A DNA stretch of 64,000 nucleotides from Squalus acanthias. Lineage: Eukaryota. Positions 13,388 to 27,140 of the stretch are shown here, one piece after another. The DNA is taken from positions 144,586,001 to 144,650,000 of the forward strand of contig CM059432.1 in the NCBI GenBank assembly GCA_030390025.1, written 5' to 3'. Position 1 is the stretch's first letter. The number at the start of each line of letters is the position of its first letter. Both the position numbers and the translations under genes were made by a program. The notes beneath the pieces were generated by a model. It saw only the letters and a program-made list of their open reading frames with translations, made no database searches and was not told the origin of the DNA.

Positions 13388-13765
13388 AATCTTGCATTTA
13401 TATAGCGCCTTTCACGACCTCAGGGCGTCCCAAAGCGCTTTACTGCCAATTAAGTACTTTTGAAGTGCAGTCACGTTGTAATGTAGGAAACGCAGCAGCC
13501 AATTTGTGCACAGCAAGCTCCCACAAACAACCAGATAATCTGTTTTTTTTTAGTGATGTTGGTTGAGGGATAAGTATTGGCAAGGACACCAGGGAGAACT
13601 CCCCGGCTCTTCTTCAAATAGTGCCGTGGGATCTTTTATGTCCACCTGAGAGGGCAGATCGGGCCTGGGTTTAACGTCTCTTTCGAAAGACGGCACCTCC
13701 AACAGTGCAGCACTCCCCTCAGTACGGCACTGGAGTGTCAGCCTAGATTGTGTGCTACAGTCCTG
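13388..13765 (-). mobile_element. SacSINE1-like DeuSINE, 5'-truncated
   Basis: Deu core and tail match 4503-4970. Confidence 0.85.
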
Positions 13766-15699
13766 AATAAATAAAACATAAACAACTCTGCCAATCAATA
13801 ATATTCGGAGACACACAAAGTTCAAATCTCTAGACATTTTTAATGAGAAAACGGGCAATGTGCTTTTAAAGAGAATAAAAGGCAGTCGAGCTAAGTCGTG
13901 TCATCGGGTAGAGTTGTTGTGCAAACTGGAAACCTGATGTACCAGAAGCAGCATATCATTGAGAACAACAACTCATTCACTGCGAGTACAGGCCTCCAGA
14001 CCAATATAATGACAAAGAAAAACAGCTCACTGTAACATACAGCCCAAAGTTCAGCGGAAAATGAAAACACCTACAACCCAAGAGAGAAAGCAACAGCAGG
14101 GGCCCACCAGAAGGCAGTCATCACTGTCAACTGAAAGTGGCAGCCATGAAAATCGCCATTCACACCCTAACGCAGCTTTATTAGGAGGACAGCCCGTGTA
14201 TCTTGTTTAAAGCCCTTGGATACCTATCAAGTACTGGATTAAAGGGCTTATAGAATGAATTATAGGCAATGGGCGAAGAAAAGAAGAACGAGTGGTCGGC
14301 ATTTCTATAAATAACTTTAAAGAGTTAATTCTGTTTTAAAATGAACAGCAATTGTATTTTCCCCAGACAGCTTGTTGTTGAGGTTACTGGTCTCTTAAAA
14401 TATCAGTGAGCCTTTAGAGTATGTGTAACATGGAAACATTAGGTATCTATCCCAACATTATCCCCACGGTAACCACATTAAAGCTACAAATCATGTCATG
14501 TATCACAAAAGTTGAATATTATTTACAATGCAGCCGACAGCATGTAGAAACATTGGGAAACTCTCATCGACAATCCTTTTGTTTAACAGATTGCATTTTC
14601 ACCTCCTGATTTACAGCCACCGACAAATTCCTGCTGAGAAGTGTAAGAACGACCCTTTTTTGGGGGGGAGGGGGCCCTGCTGCTGACTCACCCTCTCTCC
14701 AGAAGGGCAGGTCCTGGCCTCAGTTCCACATCTCCCACGATGGCATTGTCAAGGAATTGAACTCAGTGTGGGGCATTTCAGGAGCGATGCCAGCACTTCC
14801 CAATGCCACGGTCTGACAGACTATTACACATTACATCGTTAGCTCTTGGAGGTTTCCGCTCACCTCAAATTCACTCACCACAAACGTACAAATGTGCAAG
14901 GGCACAGTGAACATGCACCTTCTTCACTACTGCCCAATTCTTTTGTCAGCTTTTCCACTGTATAAAATTTAGACTTTATTTGGATACTATGCATGGAACA
15001 CGGGAGGAATTACAAGGTCGGAATTTAATCTTGGCATTAGATGCTTTCATAAAGTATCAGAACAAAGCTCCAATCGTATACAACCATCAGCTAAATCTCA
15101 AAATGAAATCTGGTAAGAAGCAGCAATACTCCCAAATTTTGACCAATCTTTCTCTTCCTGGTTCACCTGCTGTGCATTTCCAGCCATGTTGTGTTTCTAT
15201 TTCCCGATATTAGATTGCACAGGTGATATCATCCAGGGTATTGATTTTTAAACTATTATGTATACTTTTCATTTTTTTTTAAAACTCTGCTAGTTTTCTC
15301 AGCTAACCTCCCCTCCTGTCCTGCAGCAGTTCTCATGCTGGTGTACAGCTGGGTGCCATAGCCCACCTGTACCTCATCCAGGCATCCATCATGTGTACTC
15401 AAGTCAGGTGGTACTCACCATGTGGCTCGTGGGCCAACCATGACGCTCGTGGACCTCTGCCTCGGCACTGGCAGCTCCTGTTGTTCCTGCTGCCAGTCTG
15501 GTGCCTGAATCTCTCAGCGCAGACGGCAGAAGGGAGTGGTTAGCTGTCAGCATGTGGGTCTCAGTGATGGATGTTGCCCATTGGGATGGGTTAGGTGGGC
15601 CAACTGCTCGGATTGGGTGTGGGGTCCGGGTGGTAACAGTTCAGGGTCGGGGTGATCATTGCAGGACTCTGTGGGACTTTTAAAAATCAAGGCATTGGT

Positions 15700-16110
15700 G
15701 GACCGGGAGCCAAAGTCGGGAACAGGACTTGGTGTGAGTTAGGATACGGGCAACAGAGTTGTGAATGAGCTCAAGGTTACGGAGGGTGGAAGATGGAAGG
15801 CTGGCCAGGAGAGTATTGGAATAGTCAAGTCTACAGGTAACAAAGGCTCAGGTGATGATTTCAGCAGCAGATGAGCTGAGGCAGGGGTGGAGACGAGCGA
15901 TGTTACGGAAGTGGAAGTTGATGGTCAAGGTGATGGAGCGGATATAGGGTCGGAAATTGTGGCTCATCCAGGACTTTGATGTCGGACAAGCAGCCTGAAA
16001 AATCAGAGGCAGTGGAGGGGTGGAGCGAGGTGGTGGTGAGGTAGAGCTGGGTGTCGTCAGCGTACATGTAGAACCTGATGTCATGTCTTCAGATGATGTC
16101 ACCAAGGGGA
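15700..16110 (-). mobile_element. L2 RT fragment, internally deleted
   Basis: Aligns to 9400-9960 (MYADDTQLY region; FHFRNIARLHPCLSSSAAE). Confidence 0.85.
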
Positions 16111-16764
16111 CTGTAAGTAAATGTTAGTGGCAGCTCTAACTGATAGTGTGCACTGTATCATTTACACTTTGTGACATTTGTACGGCAAGATTATCAATCG
16201 TGCCAAAGCTCAATACAAGTTTGTACAGGAATAATTAGCAATGCATTCCCGGCAAATTTGAGGGCTAGCATTTAATATCATACTGAACAGGTGTAAATAG
16301 ATTAGAAGGCAGTAGTGTAATCAAGGAGTTCAGAGGGGTCATAAACCACAATATTGAAACTTAGACAGACTGTTAGTCATGTGGACCGAGAGACTAAGTT
16401 ATTATCTGCGAACCTCTGCCACACAGCCAGTCTTTTACTTTGCTGTATAGAAGTATTTTAAATTCTGCCACTTCATTTCTGCTGCCATTGAGTGATGGGA
16501 AAATGACAGTGGGTGGTGATGGAAAATCGCTGTGGGACCTCACAGAATATCAGGTTCTTTAGAAAGGAATTTGTTGATCTTAATACAATATTCATAAATA
16601 TGCACAAAATATATTTTATAGTCACATGTGAAAGAACATCAGTTTCTCACAATGAACTTCACTTCATTTCCCCCAAATCAAAAATAAGTAGTCCTGTTTT
16701 TTAATATGTTCCCTTTATCTCTTCACCATTCCCTAGTGACAGGACAGGTAATGGATCTACTATA

Positions 16765-17190
16765 ATTATGAAGACAGGTTGCATAAACTTGGCCTGTATT
16801 CCCTTGAATATAGAAGATTGAGGGGTGATCTGATTGAGGTGTTTAAAATGACAAAAGGTTTTGATAGGGTAGATATAGAGAAACTATTTTCTCTGGTGGG
16901 GGAATCAAGAACAAGGGGGCACAATCTTAAAATTAGAGCCAGTCCATTCAGGGGTGAAAGCAGGAAGCACTTTTTCCACACAAAGGGTGATAGAAATCGA
17001 GAGCACTCTCCCCCCAAAAGGCTGATGATACTGGGGGGTCAATTGAAATTTTCAAGACTGAGATTGATAGATTTTTGTTATCAAGGGATATGGAGCAAAG
17101 ACAGGTAAATGGAGCTGGGGTACAGATCAGCCATGATCTGATTGAATGGCAACAGGCTTGAGGGGCTGAATGGCCTCCTCCTGTTCCTAT
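16765..17190 (+). mobile_element. CR1 LINE, 3' fragment
   Basis: LGLYSLEYRRLRGDLIEVFK...FDRVD; CR1 3'UTR. Confidence 0.9.
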
Positions 17191-17528
17191 GCTGCTGTCA
17201 GCCTTCTACTGCCCCTCACTGTGGAGCGATGCTGGATGCCACCTACTGCTTCCTCACCTCTAACCACCCACCCATACTCTAAACAGCTCACAGTTCTAAT
17301 CAGGAGCCGGCATACTGGACAACTTTCAAAACTGCTCACTTTGGTTCTGAAATCTCCAGTTTATGTAGAGGCCAGTAAAGTATGTGTTACGGAGGAATTT
17401 AGGAATTAATGACACCTCCATATAGGGCACCTGCATCAAACGGCATATATCCTGGAATCTTCAATCAAATGAGTGAGGAAATAGGCAAAGCCAGTAGTTT
17501 CTGTGTTTAGGAGCTCTGTAAATCCATT

Positions 17529-18407
17529 GGGGGAGAAATTCGGTATTGCCCCGTTTGGGGCGCAATTATCGGCCGGGTGCAAAGTTTAGCGCCTGGCGCT
17601 AATTATCGCCTCCAACTGCAAACTTGGCTTCTATCGCCCCTGGAGGTGATTGGAGCGCTAAATCAGGCGCTACACACCTCTCTTAAGGTGCTAACGCCGA
17701 GGAGCAAGGCGCTACCTCAGAGCGCTGGTGAAGCTCATGTGATGTCAGTCAGCAATGGAACACAGACACACTGGCGCCGGCCAGTTCTTAAAGGGGAGGG
17801 TCGATCTTGCTCTCCATCCACACCCTGCTCATTGCAGCCTTGAATCTCAGTCTGGGGAGACCTGCACATCAAATCTGCTGGAAAGAACAATGGAGAGGCC
17901 CAGGGAAAGAGCTCAGACTGCAGCCCCCATAGTCTCTTCTAAATCGATGCAAGGAAGGTCAAATCAAAATGAACCTGCAAAGTGCTGCTCAGTACCCAAA
18001 ACTCCTTCATACAGCATTGAATCTCTCCAGAAATAATACTCTCTCTCAGAATGCGTGGTGCAAAAATGTCGCCGACAAAAAAAGGCAGGAAGCGGTCGCC
18101 TTTAAATAGCGCTCTCCCAGTCCCTTCCCGACTGCAAAACGCTCCCCTCAACCTGTCGTTGCTAGCGGCAGGTGGTAAGGCAGGGGGCGCCACTCAATAT
18201 CTGGTCCGGGGCACTACACGCTCGACTGACGTCACGATCTGCGGGCGCAGGAGATCGTGGTGGTAGTGTTTAGCGCCGCCGCAAAATGTCTGGTCAATTT
18301 CGCAAGCGGCGCAAACATCGCCGCGCCTGGGCGCTAGTTGTTTTGCGCCCCATTAGCGCCCTCTTAGGGCGATAACGGGAGGCGCAAAGAAATCAAATTT
18401 TTCCCCC
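17529..18407. mobile_element. PIF/Harbinger-type MITE with TIRs and 3 bp TSD (ATT)
   Basis: ATT|GGGGGAGAAATT ... AATTTTTCCCCC|ATT; GC-rich subterminal TTAGCGCC repeats; related to 22409-23039. Confidence 0.72.
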
Positions 18408-18529
18408 ATTAACTCTATTAAAGGATTGTTAATATAATCCCAAGATTGATAAACTGCAATTACAGACCAGTTAGCTTCATTTTTGTTGTGGGGAGTATTT
18501 ATGGAATACTGTAATGCATTTATCTGAAG

Positions 18530-19017
18530 AGACACCGGAGAAGGTGCAGAAAAGATTTACAAGGATACCAGAACTGAGAGGCGATAACTATCAGGAAAGG
18601 CTGAACAGGCTGGGGCTCTTTTCTCTAGAAAAGAGAAGGCTGAGGGGTGACCTGATAGAGGTCTTTAAGATTATCAAAGGATTTGATAGGGTAGTAGTAG
18701 AGAAGATTTTTCCACTTGTAGGGAGTCTAGAGGACACAAATATAAGAGAGTCACTAATAAATCCAACAGGGAATTCAGGAGAATCGTCTTTACCCAGAGA
18801 GTGGTGAGAATGTGGAACTCGCTACCACAGGGAGTGCTTGAGGCGAATAGCAAAGAGGCATTTAAGGGAAAGTTAGAAAAGCACATGAGGGAGAAAGGAA
18901 TAGAGGGTATGCTGATATGGTGAGACAAAGTAGGGTGGGAGGATGCTCGTGTGGAGCATAATGGACTTGTTGGACCAAATGGCCTGTTTCTATGCTGTAA
19001 TTTCTGTGTAATTCTAC
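18530..19017 (+). mobile_element. CR1 LINE, 3' fragment
   Basis: EKVQKRFTRIPELRG..YQERLNRLGLFSLEKRRLRGDLIEVFK; TTCTATG/TTCTGTG tail. Confidence 0.9.
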
Positions 19018-19185
19018 ACTTAGGGACCATAAGGAGCAGTCAGCATGGGTTTAGAAACAATGCTTCACAAATGTTCTCATAACTTACAGCATCGCGTGAA
19101 CCCCAATGTCATATTACGACCTCTGCCTCCAATTAGTCTCAATCTAATTAAAAAATACTGTCCTACAATAATTGCTGCAAATATT

Positions 19186-19948
19186 GGCCCGAAAATTAAA
19201 CCTAATACGCGAGAGTACGCACTGTGTACTCTCGCGTATTAGATCCCGAATTGCCGGTTTCCTGCATGCACTGCGCATGCGCGGGAAACCGGCACTTCGT
19301 GAATTGAAAAGGGGGCGGTTCCTAAGTGAACCGCGTGCGCGCTACAGGCTGTGCGCACGCAGTGCACTTAGTTTTTTTTTCAGCTTTGAACGCGCAGGTA
19401 AGTGGTGAAGATTTTACACATAAAGAAAGCAGGCGTAGGACCCCCTTTTAACAAGGTAAGTAGTTAATTAAGTGTTATTTTAAATTTTTTCAACAGGTTT
19501 ATCTTTTTTAGAGACTTTAAAGAAAGGTAAGTTTATTTTTATAACTTTTAAAAAGATTTTAAATTTTTTTTTTAATTTAATTTTTTGTTTAAAGTGGTTA
19601 ATTTATTTAACTATAGTTATTTTATTAATGAGATGGCTTTTTTTTAAATTTAATTGAGGTTTAGCTGTTCTTTTGGGGGTGTGTAGTATTCATAGCTTTG
19701 ACAGCTCTTGCCGTCAAAACTATGAATGAAAGATGGTGTGCTGCCATTGGCTCTAACTGAATCACGTGATCCCAGAGCTCGCACGAACTAATTGCGCCTC
19801 TGGGACACGCAAGCACTGCACGGTTGCAACAGAGAGAGGCTTTGAAACTAAAGTTCGTGTGGGCCCGGAGCAAAAAGGTAGGCGCGGAGTGCGATATCGC
19901 GGGGAATCCTTACCCCCGCGGGAACCATCCATGTTTAATTTCTGGGCC
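19186..19948. mobile_element. MITE (PIF/Harbinger-like TIRs)
   Basis: TIRs GGCCCGAAAATTAAAC and GTTTAATTTCTGGGCC; CpG-rich arms around an AT-rich core. Confidence 0.72.
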
Positions 19949-21489
19949 AATATCTTTGGTAATGAAAGTAAAGAAATTGTAGCATATAATTGAATGAAGT
20001 TATTAGTGGAGGGGGTGGAAGAAAGGTCAGGTATCATGCTTACCTTTGACTTGTATTCATTTCGAAGGAACAGTCTAGGAAGGCTAAACAAAAGGGAGCC
20101 TGTCTGTTTAAAGATATTTGTTTTCCGTTGCATTTTACTACAAATCTCAGATAAGACCTGACACTGAGGGACGCTGCTTCTGTGGAAGCGATTTGCACCT
20201 GCCATTCACCATGAAGAGATAACACCAGTCTTGGAACAACATGCTCCAGGCTGTCCTCCCGACCAAAGTTCCCCAGTCTGACAGAAGCAAATACCAAGTG
20301 AGCTTGTCTTTTCAGACCATCCATTGTTTCCCTCTTGTGTAAGTCAAAATGTATTGTTGTCTTCCTTTTGGACATAAGTCTATTCCAACAGAAGCAACAA
20401 AGATTATCATAACCCAAAATCTGATCCCCTTCCGGTTGGGCTGTTCAGCGTTTAACCTGTGAAAGGGATAGCATTCTTTTTCATGGTGCTACATACAGCT
20501 GGTTTTCAAAGCCAGAAAAATACAAACCAACTTTAGTGGTATTAAATAACATAAGAAGGTCTACATAATAACTGCTAAAACCAGCTGTAGTGGTGTAACT
20601 TCTAAGACGTCAGTCAAAAAGTAGAGGTTGCTTTCTACAATATAAGTCAATTGTTTGGAATCACAGCTACATTGAACTGCAAGGCACCCAGAGGGCATCC
20701 CAGAATTTGGCAACACTGTGAAGAGGCTCCTGGCTTCTGACAGCACTGGGAAATTAAATGCCAGAGTTCAGGAGCACATGGAAGTGGAGTCCCAGGTTCT
20801 AGCAGCACTGGGGTGGGGGTTGGGGGCGGGGGGGGGGGGGGCGGTGGGTACCGGGGTAGGTTCAATGAGGGAAACTGGAGTCTGGCAGCACTGAGGGGGC
20901 CCCAAGATCCAGGAGCATGGGGAGAGAAATCTGATAATAATCCACAGTGGGATGAGGGACTGGGATCTACCAACATTGAGGAAGAGCAGGAGGCAGCCAA
21001 TCACTGATGCCAATACCAGAGTGGAACCTATTAAGGAGCTCTCCCAATGCCTCAGTCACTGCAAAAAATACTGGAAATCTTGTAAAAATGTTCTTCTGCT
21101 CTTAAATATTTCCTTGAAGCATATTGTCTCTTTTTTACAATAAGGAAGGGAAACAGACAGAAAACTGATGCACAGCAGCTTAAGTTTATGTTTGTCGAAC
21201 TTACACCCGACAAAGTATCATTAGCCTGAAAGCTGACAGTAAGCAGATGGAAATTGCTGCATCTCTATCGCTGCCACATTATAACAAACTCCTAAAACAG
21301 AGACCCTTTAGCTTAAAGCAGCTATGTCGGTTACCTTTCAGTTAATCTCTTATCCAAGGCTTATTTCACAATAGAAGCTAACAAGACCAAAATGACTAGA
21401 AATATTTAACTGGGACAGATGGTGTAGGAAGAGGAAACATTTTGTTTTGATTTATACGGAGTAAGGGTAAAAAATATACCAGCAGAGTC

Positions 21490-21912
21490 GGAGGACAGGT
21501 TGCATAAACTTGGCTTGTATTCCCTTGAGGTTAGCAGATTGAGGGGTGATCTGATTGATGTGTTTAAAATGTTATAAAGGTTTTGATAGGGTAGATAGAG
21601 AGAAACTATTTCCTCTGGTGGGGGAATCAAGAACGAGGGGACATAATCTTAAAATTAGAGTCAGGCCGTTTAGGAGGAAAATCAGGAAGCACTTTTTCTA
21701 CACAAAGGGTAGTGAAAATCTGGAACTCTCGCCTCCAAAAGGCTGTAGATGCGAAGGATCAATTGGAGCTTTCAAGACTGAGATTTTTGTTGGGTAAGGT
21801 TATCAAGGGATATGGAACAAAGGCGGGTAAAATGGGGTTGAGGTACAGATCAACAGTGATCTAATTGAAATGTGGAACAGGCTCGAGGGGCTGAATAGCC
21901 TCCTCCTGTTCC
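21490..21912 (+). mobile_element. CR1 LINE, 3' fragment
   Basis: Same subfamily as 16765-17190 (GFDRVDREKLFPLVGESRTRGHNLKIR). Confidence 0.9.
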
Positions 21913-22051
21913 TGAAGCAGGGGAACCACACTGTGCCTCCTTGTTTTAACCAATACTTTTTCATTCAACTTCAAACACAGCTTAAAACATTAATATTTTG
22001 CTTTACAATTTCTGTCAGGTTTCCTTAATGGTTAGAGAGAGAAACACATTA

Positions 22052-23422
22052 GGCCGTATTTTGTGACCCCTACCGGTGCGTACGAGGTGTGCACGCCCCC
22101 GTAGGGGCTGCGCAAGTTCCAGGTTATGCGACGTGCATGCGCTAAAACCTGGAACTTGTGATCTGTCAAGAATTCTCTTGACGGATCCTCCGCATCCCTG
22201 GGAGATGGGCCTCTGCGGGTGGAGAGTTGCGCTATTTGCCCAACTTCTGCCCGCTGAATGCCCGTGAAATTCTTACGCCTGGTAAAAGCAGGCATAAGGC
22301 CTGCTTTTACCAGCATAAGAGTTTAAATAAATAGAAAAATAAAATTTTATCACACATTAAAAACCCTGTCCAATAAGGTAAGTTTATTTTTACCCGTTAA
22401 AACATATAGGGGGAAAAATTTGGTTGCTTTGCGCCTCCCATTAGCGCCCTAAGAAGGCGCTAACGGGACGCAAAGCAACGAGCGCCCGGGAGTGGCACCG
22501 CCAACGCCTCCCGCAAAATTCAGCGGGAGGTTAGTGGTGGCGGTAACCGTTAGCGCCCTGCGGTGCAGCGCCCCACTCGCGCCCTGGCCGCGATATTCGG
22601 TAGCACCCCCTGACTTACCGCCGGATGCTATGTCCGACGGGGGCAGGGGGGCCTACCTGCGGCCGGGGCGGCGCTAATTAAAGGCGAGATGCCGCGCGGC
22701 CATTTTTGTTGCTGGCCACCTGCCAGCACCTGCCCCCGTTGCCGTCCCCGGCCCCCTCTTCAGCCCCCCCCCGCGGAGTGCCGGCTGTGCTTTTGCCGGC
22801 ACTTCGATCCCTGGTGGCCCAGCTGGGCCCCGGGTCGCGTTGCGCAAGGCCCCTCCCCTTTAAGAAGGCCTGCAATACCGCGGCGCAACGTGCCACGATA
22901 TTCCCTCGCAGTGCCCCAAGAGGGAGGCGGGGTGCTTCCAGTAGTGCCCCGCTTCCCCCTTGGGGCGCTACCAATGAATTTCGGCCGCGGGGGTACTAAA
23001 TTTTTTGGGGCGATATTTCCCCCCCTAATTTCCCCCCCCAAAAATTACATCTTTGTTTAAAATATTTAATTAAATGGCATTTTAATTAATTTTAAATATG
23101 TAATTTGTTTTACATTTATTTCATGTGATCGTGTATTTTTTAAGTGATTCCCATTCATACTTATGGGAGTTCCGTCCACACATAACTCCCATAAGTATGA
23201 ATGGGGATTCCCTCCTTTTATTGGTTGGGCCGGCCCATGTGATCCCAGGGGCACTTGCGAACCACACGCGCCCCTGTGATATGAGGGCCTCTGCCCGCGC
23301 GGACCCGGAGGGGCTCAGGATCGCAAGCCTCCTTATCTCCCGGGCCACCAGGTAAACACGTAGATATTTTACAGGTCGGGGGCATCCGTCCGCGGGAAGC
23401 CTCCGATCGCATATGTTGGGCC
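22052..23422. mobile_element. MITE (PIF/Harbinger-like), interrupted by a second MITE
   Basis: Imperfect TIRs GGCCGTATTTTGTGA and TCGCATATGTTGGGCC; AT-rich core; internal palindrome ATTCATACTTATGGGAGTT...AACTCCCATAAGTATGAAT at ~23153-23202. Confidence 0.6.
22409..23039. mobile_element. Nested MITE related to 17529-18407
   Basis: Starts GGGGGAAAAATTTGGTTGCTTTGCGCCTCCCATTAGCGCCCTAAG, close to the reverse complement of 18350-18407; ends AATTTCCCCCCC. Confidence 0.7.
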
Positions 23423-23694
23423 AATGTTTTGACCAGAAATAATACAACTTAAAGGTCCTTTCAAACGCTTTCTTCACAGAGACCTTACTACAGTGGATCA
23501 GTCAGCATCTGTGGCGAGGTCAGACCAGGGCTGAACTACTGGAACATTGGTCTGTTTATTCTCTTCAGGTGCTGACCGATGAACTGTGTGTTTGCAGCAT
23601 TTTCTGTTTTTGTTTTGGAGGTGGAGTGGAAGATGTTGTAACAAGTCTTGTTTTCAAACACGTAATGATGCAGGGATGAGGAAGAACACAGAGG

Positions 23695-25087
23695 GAACAA
23701 ATGAACAGTAGGCCATTTAGCCCCTTGAGCCTGTTCCGCCATGGCTGATCTTCTACCTCATCTCCACTTTCCTGCACTATCCCCATATCCCTTGATTCCC
23801 TTAATATTCAAAGAACTATCGATCTCTGTCTTGAATATACTCAACGACTGAGCCTCCACAGCCCTCTGGGGTGGAGAGAATTCCAAAGATTCACCACCCT
23901 CTGAATGAAGAAATTTCTCCTCATCTCAGTCCTAAATGGCCGACCCCTTATTCTGAGACTGTGACCCCTGGTTCTAGACTCCCCAGCCAGAGGAAACATC
24001 CTCCCTGCATCTACCCTGTAAGAATTTTGTCTGTTTCAATGAGATCACCTCTCATTCTTCTAAACTCTAGAGAATATAGGCCTAGTCTACTCAATCTCTC
24101 CTCATAGGACAATCCCCCCCATTCCAGGAACCAGTCTGGTGAACTTTCATTGCACTCCCTTCTATGGCAAGTATATCCTTCCTTAGGCAAGGAGACCAAA
24201 ACTGTACACAATACTCCAGGTGTGGTCTCACCAGGGCCCTATATAATTGCAGGAAGACGTCTTTACTCTAATCCTCAAATCCTCTTGTAATAAAGGCCAA
24301 CATACCATTTGCTTGCCTAATTGCTTGCTGTACCTGTATGTTAACTTTCAGTGATTCATGTACAAGGACACACAGGTCCCTCTGAGCACCAACATTTCCC
24401 AATCTCTCACCATTTAAAAGATACTCTGCTTTTCTATTTTTCCTACCAGAGTGGATAACTTCACATTTCTCCACATTATATTCCATTTGCCATGTTCTTG
24501 CCCACTCACTTAGGCTGGCTATATCCCCTTGAAGCCTCCTTGCATCCTCCTCACAACTTACATTCCCACCCAGCTTTGTATCATCAGCAAACTTGGATAT
24601 CTTACATTTGGTCCCCTCATCCAAATCATTGATATAGATTGTGAATAGCTGAGGCCCAAGCACTGATCCTTGCGGTACCCCACTAGTTACAGCCTGCCAA
24701 CCCGAAAATGACCCGTTTATTCCTACTCTCTGTTTTCTGTCTGTTAACCAATCCTCAATCCATGCCAGTATATTACCCCCAATCCCATGAGCCCTAATTT
24801 TGTTTAATAACCTCTTGTGTGGCACCTTATCGAATGCTTTCTGAAAATCCAAATACACATCCACTGGTTCCCCTTATCTATTCTGCTAGTTACAACATCA
24901 CAAAACTCTAGCAGATTCGTCAAACACGATTTCCCTTTCATAAATCTTTGTTGACTCTGCCCAATCCTATTATTATTTTCTAAGTGTCCTGTTACCATGT
25001 CCTTAATAATAGATTCTAGCATTTTCCCTACTACTGATGTCAGGCTAACTGATCTGTAGTTCCCCGTTTTCTCTCTCTCTCTCCCTC
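23695..25087 (-). mobile_element. CR1 LINE, 5'-truncated (RT plus 3'UTR)
   Basis: [48 protein letters not shown]1 3'UTR. Confidence 0.95.
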
Positions 25088-27140
25088 CATAGACATTCCC
25101 CTGTCCATTACTTTAGTCACCTCTTCAAAAAATTCAATCAGGTTTGTCAGGCATGTCCTACCCTTTACAAATCCATGCTGGCTCTCTCTGATCAGCTGAA
25201 AATTTTCAAGGTGTTCAGTCACTCTATCCTTAATTATAGACTTTAGTATTTTCCCGACAACAGATGTTAGGCTAACTGGTCTATAATTCCCTGGTTTCCC
25301 TCTCTCACCATCCTTAAATAGCAGAGTGACATGCGCAATTTTCCAATCTAAAGGAACGGTTCCTGAATTGGGAGAAATTTGGAAGATTACAGTTTAGGCA
25401 TCTGCAATGGGCTCACCTACTTCCTTTAAAATCCTGGGATGGCAACCATCTGGTCCTGGAGATTTGTCACTCTTTAGTGCCATTATTTTCTTCATTACTG
25501 TTATTTTGTTTAGGTTAATTTTGTTGAGTCTCTGTCCCTGATTCAATATTAGTTTCCTTGGGATTTCCGGCATGTTATCCTCTTCCTCTACTGTAAATAC
25601 TGACGCAAAGTAATTATTCAACATGTCCGCCATTTCCTTATCATTGACAATATCACCGATATCAGTTTTCAAGGGGCCAACATTGCTCCTGACCACCCTC
25701 TTTTTCCTAATAAAATTGTTAAAAAAGTGTTGATTTTGATATCCCTTACAAGTTTCTTTTCATACTCCCTTTTTGTAGCTCTTACTATCTGTTTTGTCAC
25801 CCTTTGCTGTTCTTTGCATCTCTCATTCGCCAGGATCTGTGTTATTTTTTGCATTTTTGTATGCTTTTTCTTTTAGTTTTATATTGTCTCTTACCTCTTT
25901 AGTCGTCCATGGCTGTTTTTTTTGGTAAGTAGAGCTTTTGCCCCTTAAGGGTATAAACTGGTTCTGTATCACATTAAATTATTTTTTGAACATCTCCCAC
26001 TGATCTTCTGTCGTTTTACCCATTAACATATTTGCCCAGTTTACTGTGGACAGTCTTTGTCTCATCACATTCAAGTCAGCGTTATCTAAATCTAGAATCT
26101 TAGTAGCTGTTTCACGTTTCTCCCTTTCAAACACTACATTGAATTCCATCATGTTATGATCGCTATTAGATAAATGTTCACGCACCGTTAGGCTGTTAAC
26201 TAAATTTGGCTCATTACTCAAATCACTAAATCTAATCTGGCATGCCCCCTTGTTGGTTCTAGGACATATTGTTGCAGAAAACTCAAGAAATTCACTCCCT
26301 TTCTGACATGTGCTAGAGTCTGCTTAACCCAATTTATATGAAAGTTAAAATCCCCCATTAAAAACACTCTGCCTTTACTACACGCTTGTCTCACCTCTGC
26401 ATGTATACAAGCTGGCACTTCACAGCTGCTACCAGGGGGCCTCCCACTACAGTCTTAAATCCTTTCCTATTTCTTAATTCTACCCATAACGTCTCTACTG
26501 CTTGCTTACCTCTCATTATATCCTCTCTTATCATTGAAGTGATTTCATCCTTAATCACTGAGGCTATTCCTCCCCCTCTTCCATTTTCCCTATCTTTCCT
26601 GTAGATCTTATAACCTGGTATATATTTAGTTCAGAGTCCTGACCATCTTGCAGCCATGTCTCAGTAATGGCTACCATGTCATACCCTCCAAGTTGAATTT
26701 GCGCCTGCAGTTCATTCAGTTTATTCCTTATACTCCACACATCCTGACCTGTCCTTCAGCTGTAATGTTTTACTCACATGTTTCTTATTTCTCTCTCCTG
26801 GTTTAATCACTTTACATCTTTCAGTTTTCCCTTTGCCTAAAGCACAATTTCTGACTGTTACTCTACTCTCTTCCCTTTCACTTGTTTTTTGAACTATTAT
26901 TTATACTACATTTTACACCTGAGCCCTCCCCACCATTTACTAGTTTCAAGTCCTTGTGACCTATTTATCCTTTCCGCTCGGATCCTGCTCCCAGCCCAGT
27001 TCAGGTGGCACCCGTCCGAACGGTACAATTCCTTCCGATCCCAATACTGGTGCCAGTGCCCCATGAAATGGAATCCCTCTTTCCCACACCACTCCTTCAG
27101 CCATGTGTTCACCTCCCTAATCTGCTTATCCCTACGCCAA
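25088..27140 (-). mobile_element. CR1 LINE, 5' portion (ORF1 esterase end, APE endonuclease, start of RT)
   Basis: ORF1 SGNH-esterase-like WLKEWCGKEGFHFMGHWHQYWDRKELYRSDGCHLN; APE MGDFNFHINW and SDHNM; KSPGPDG; QHGFVKGRTCLTNLIEFFEEVT. Confidence 0.9.

Noticed and set aside
14061..14210. 49 aa ATG ORF MKTPTTQERKQQQGPTRRQSSLS...
   Set aside because: Short, no recognisable homology and no convincing splice acceptor; compatible with chance.
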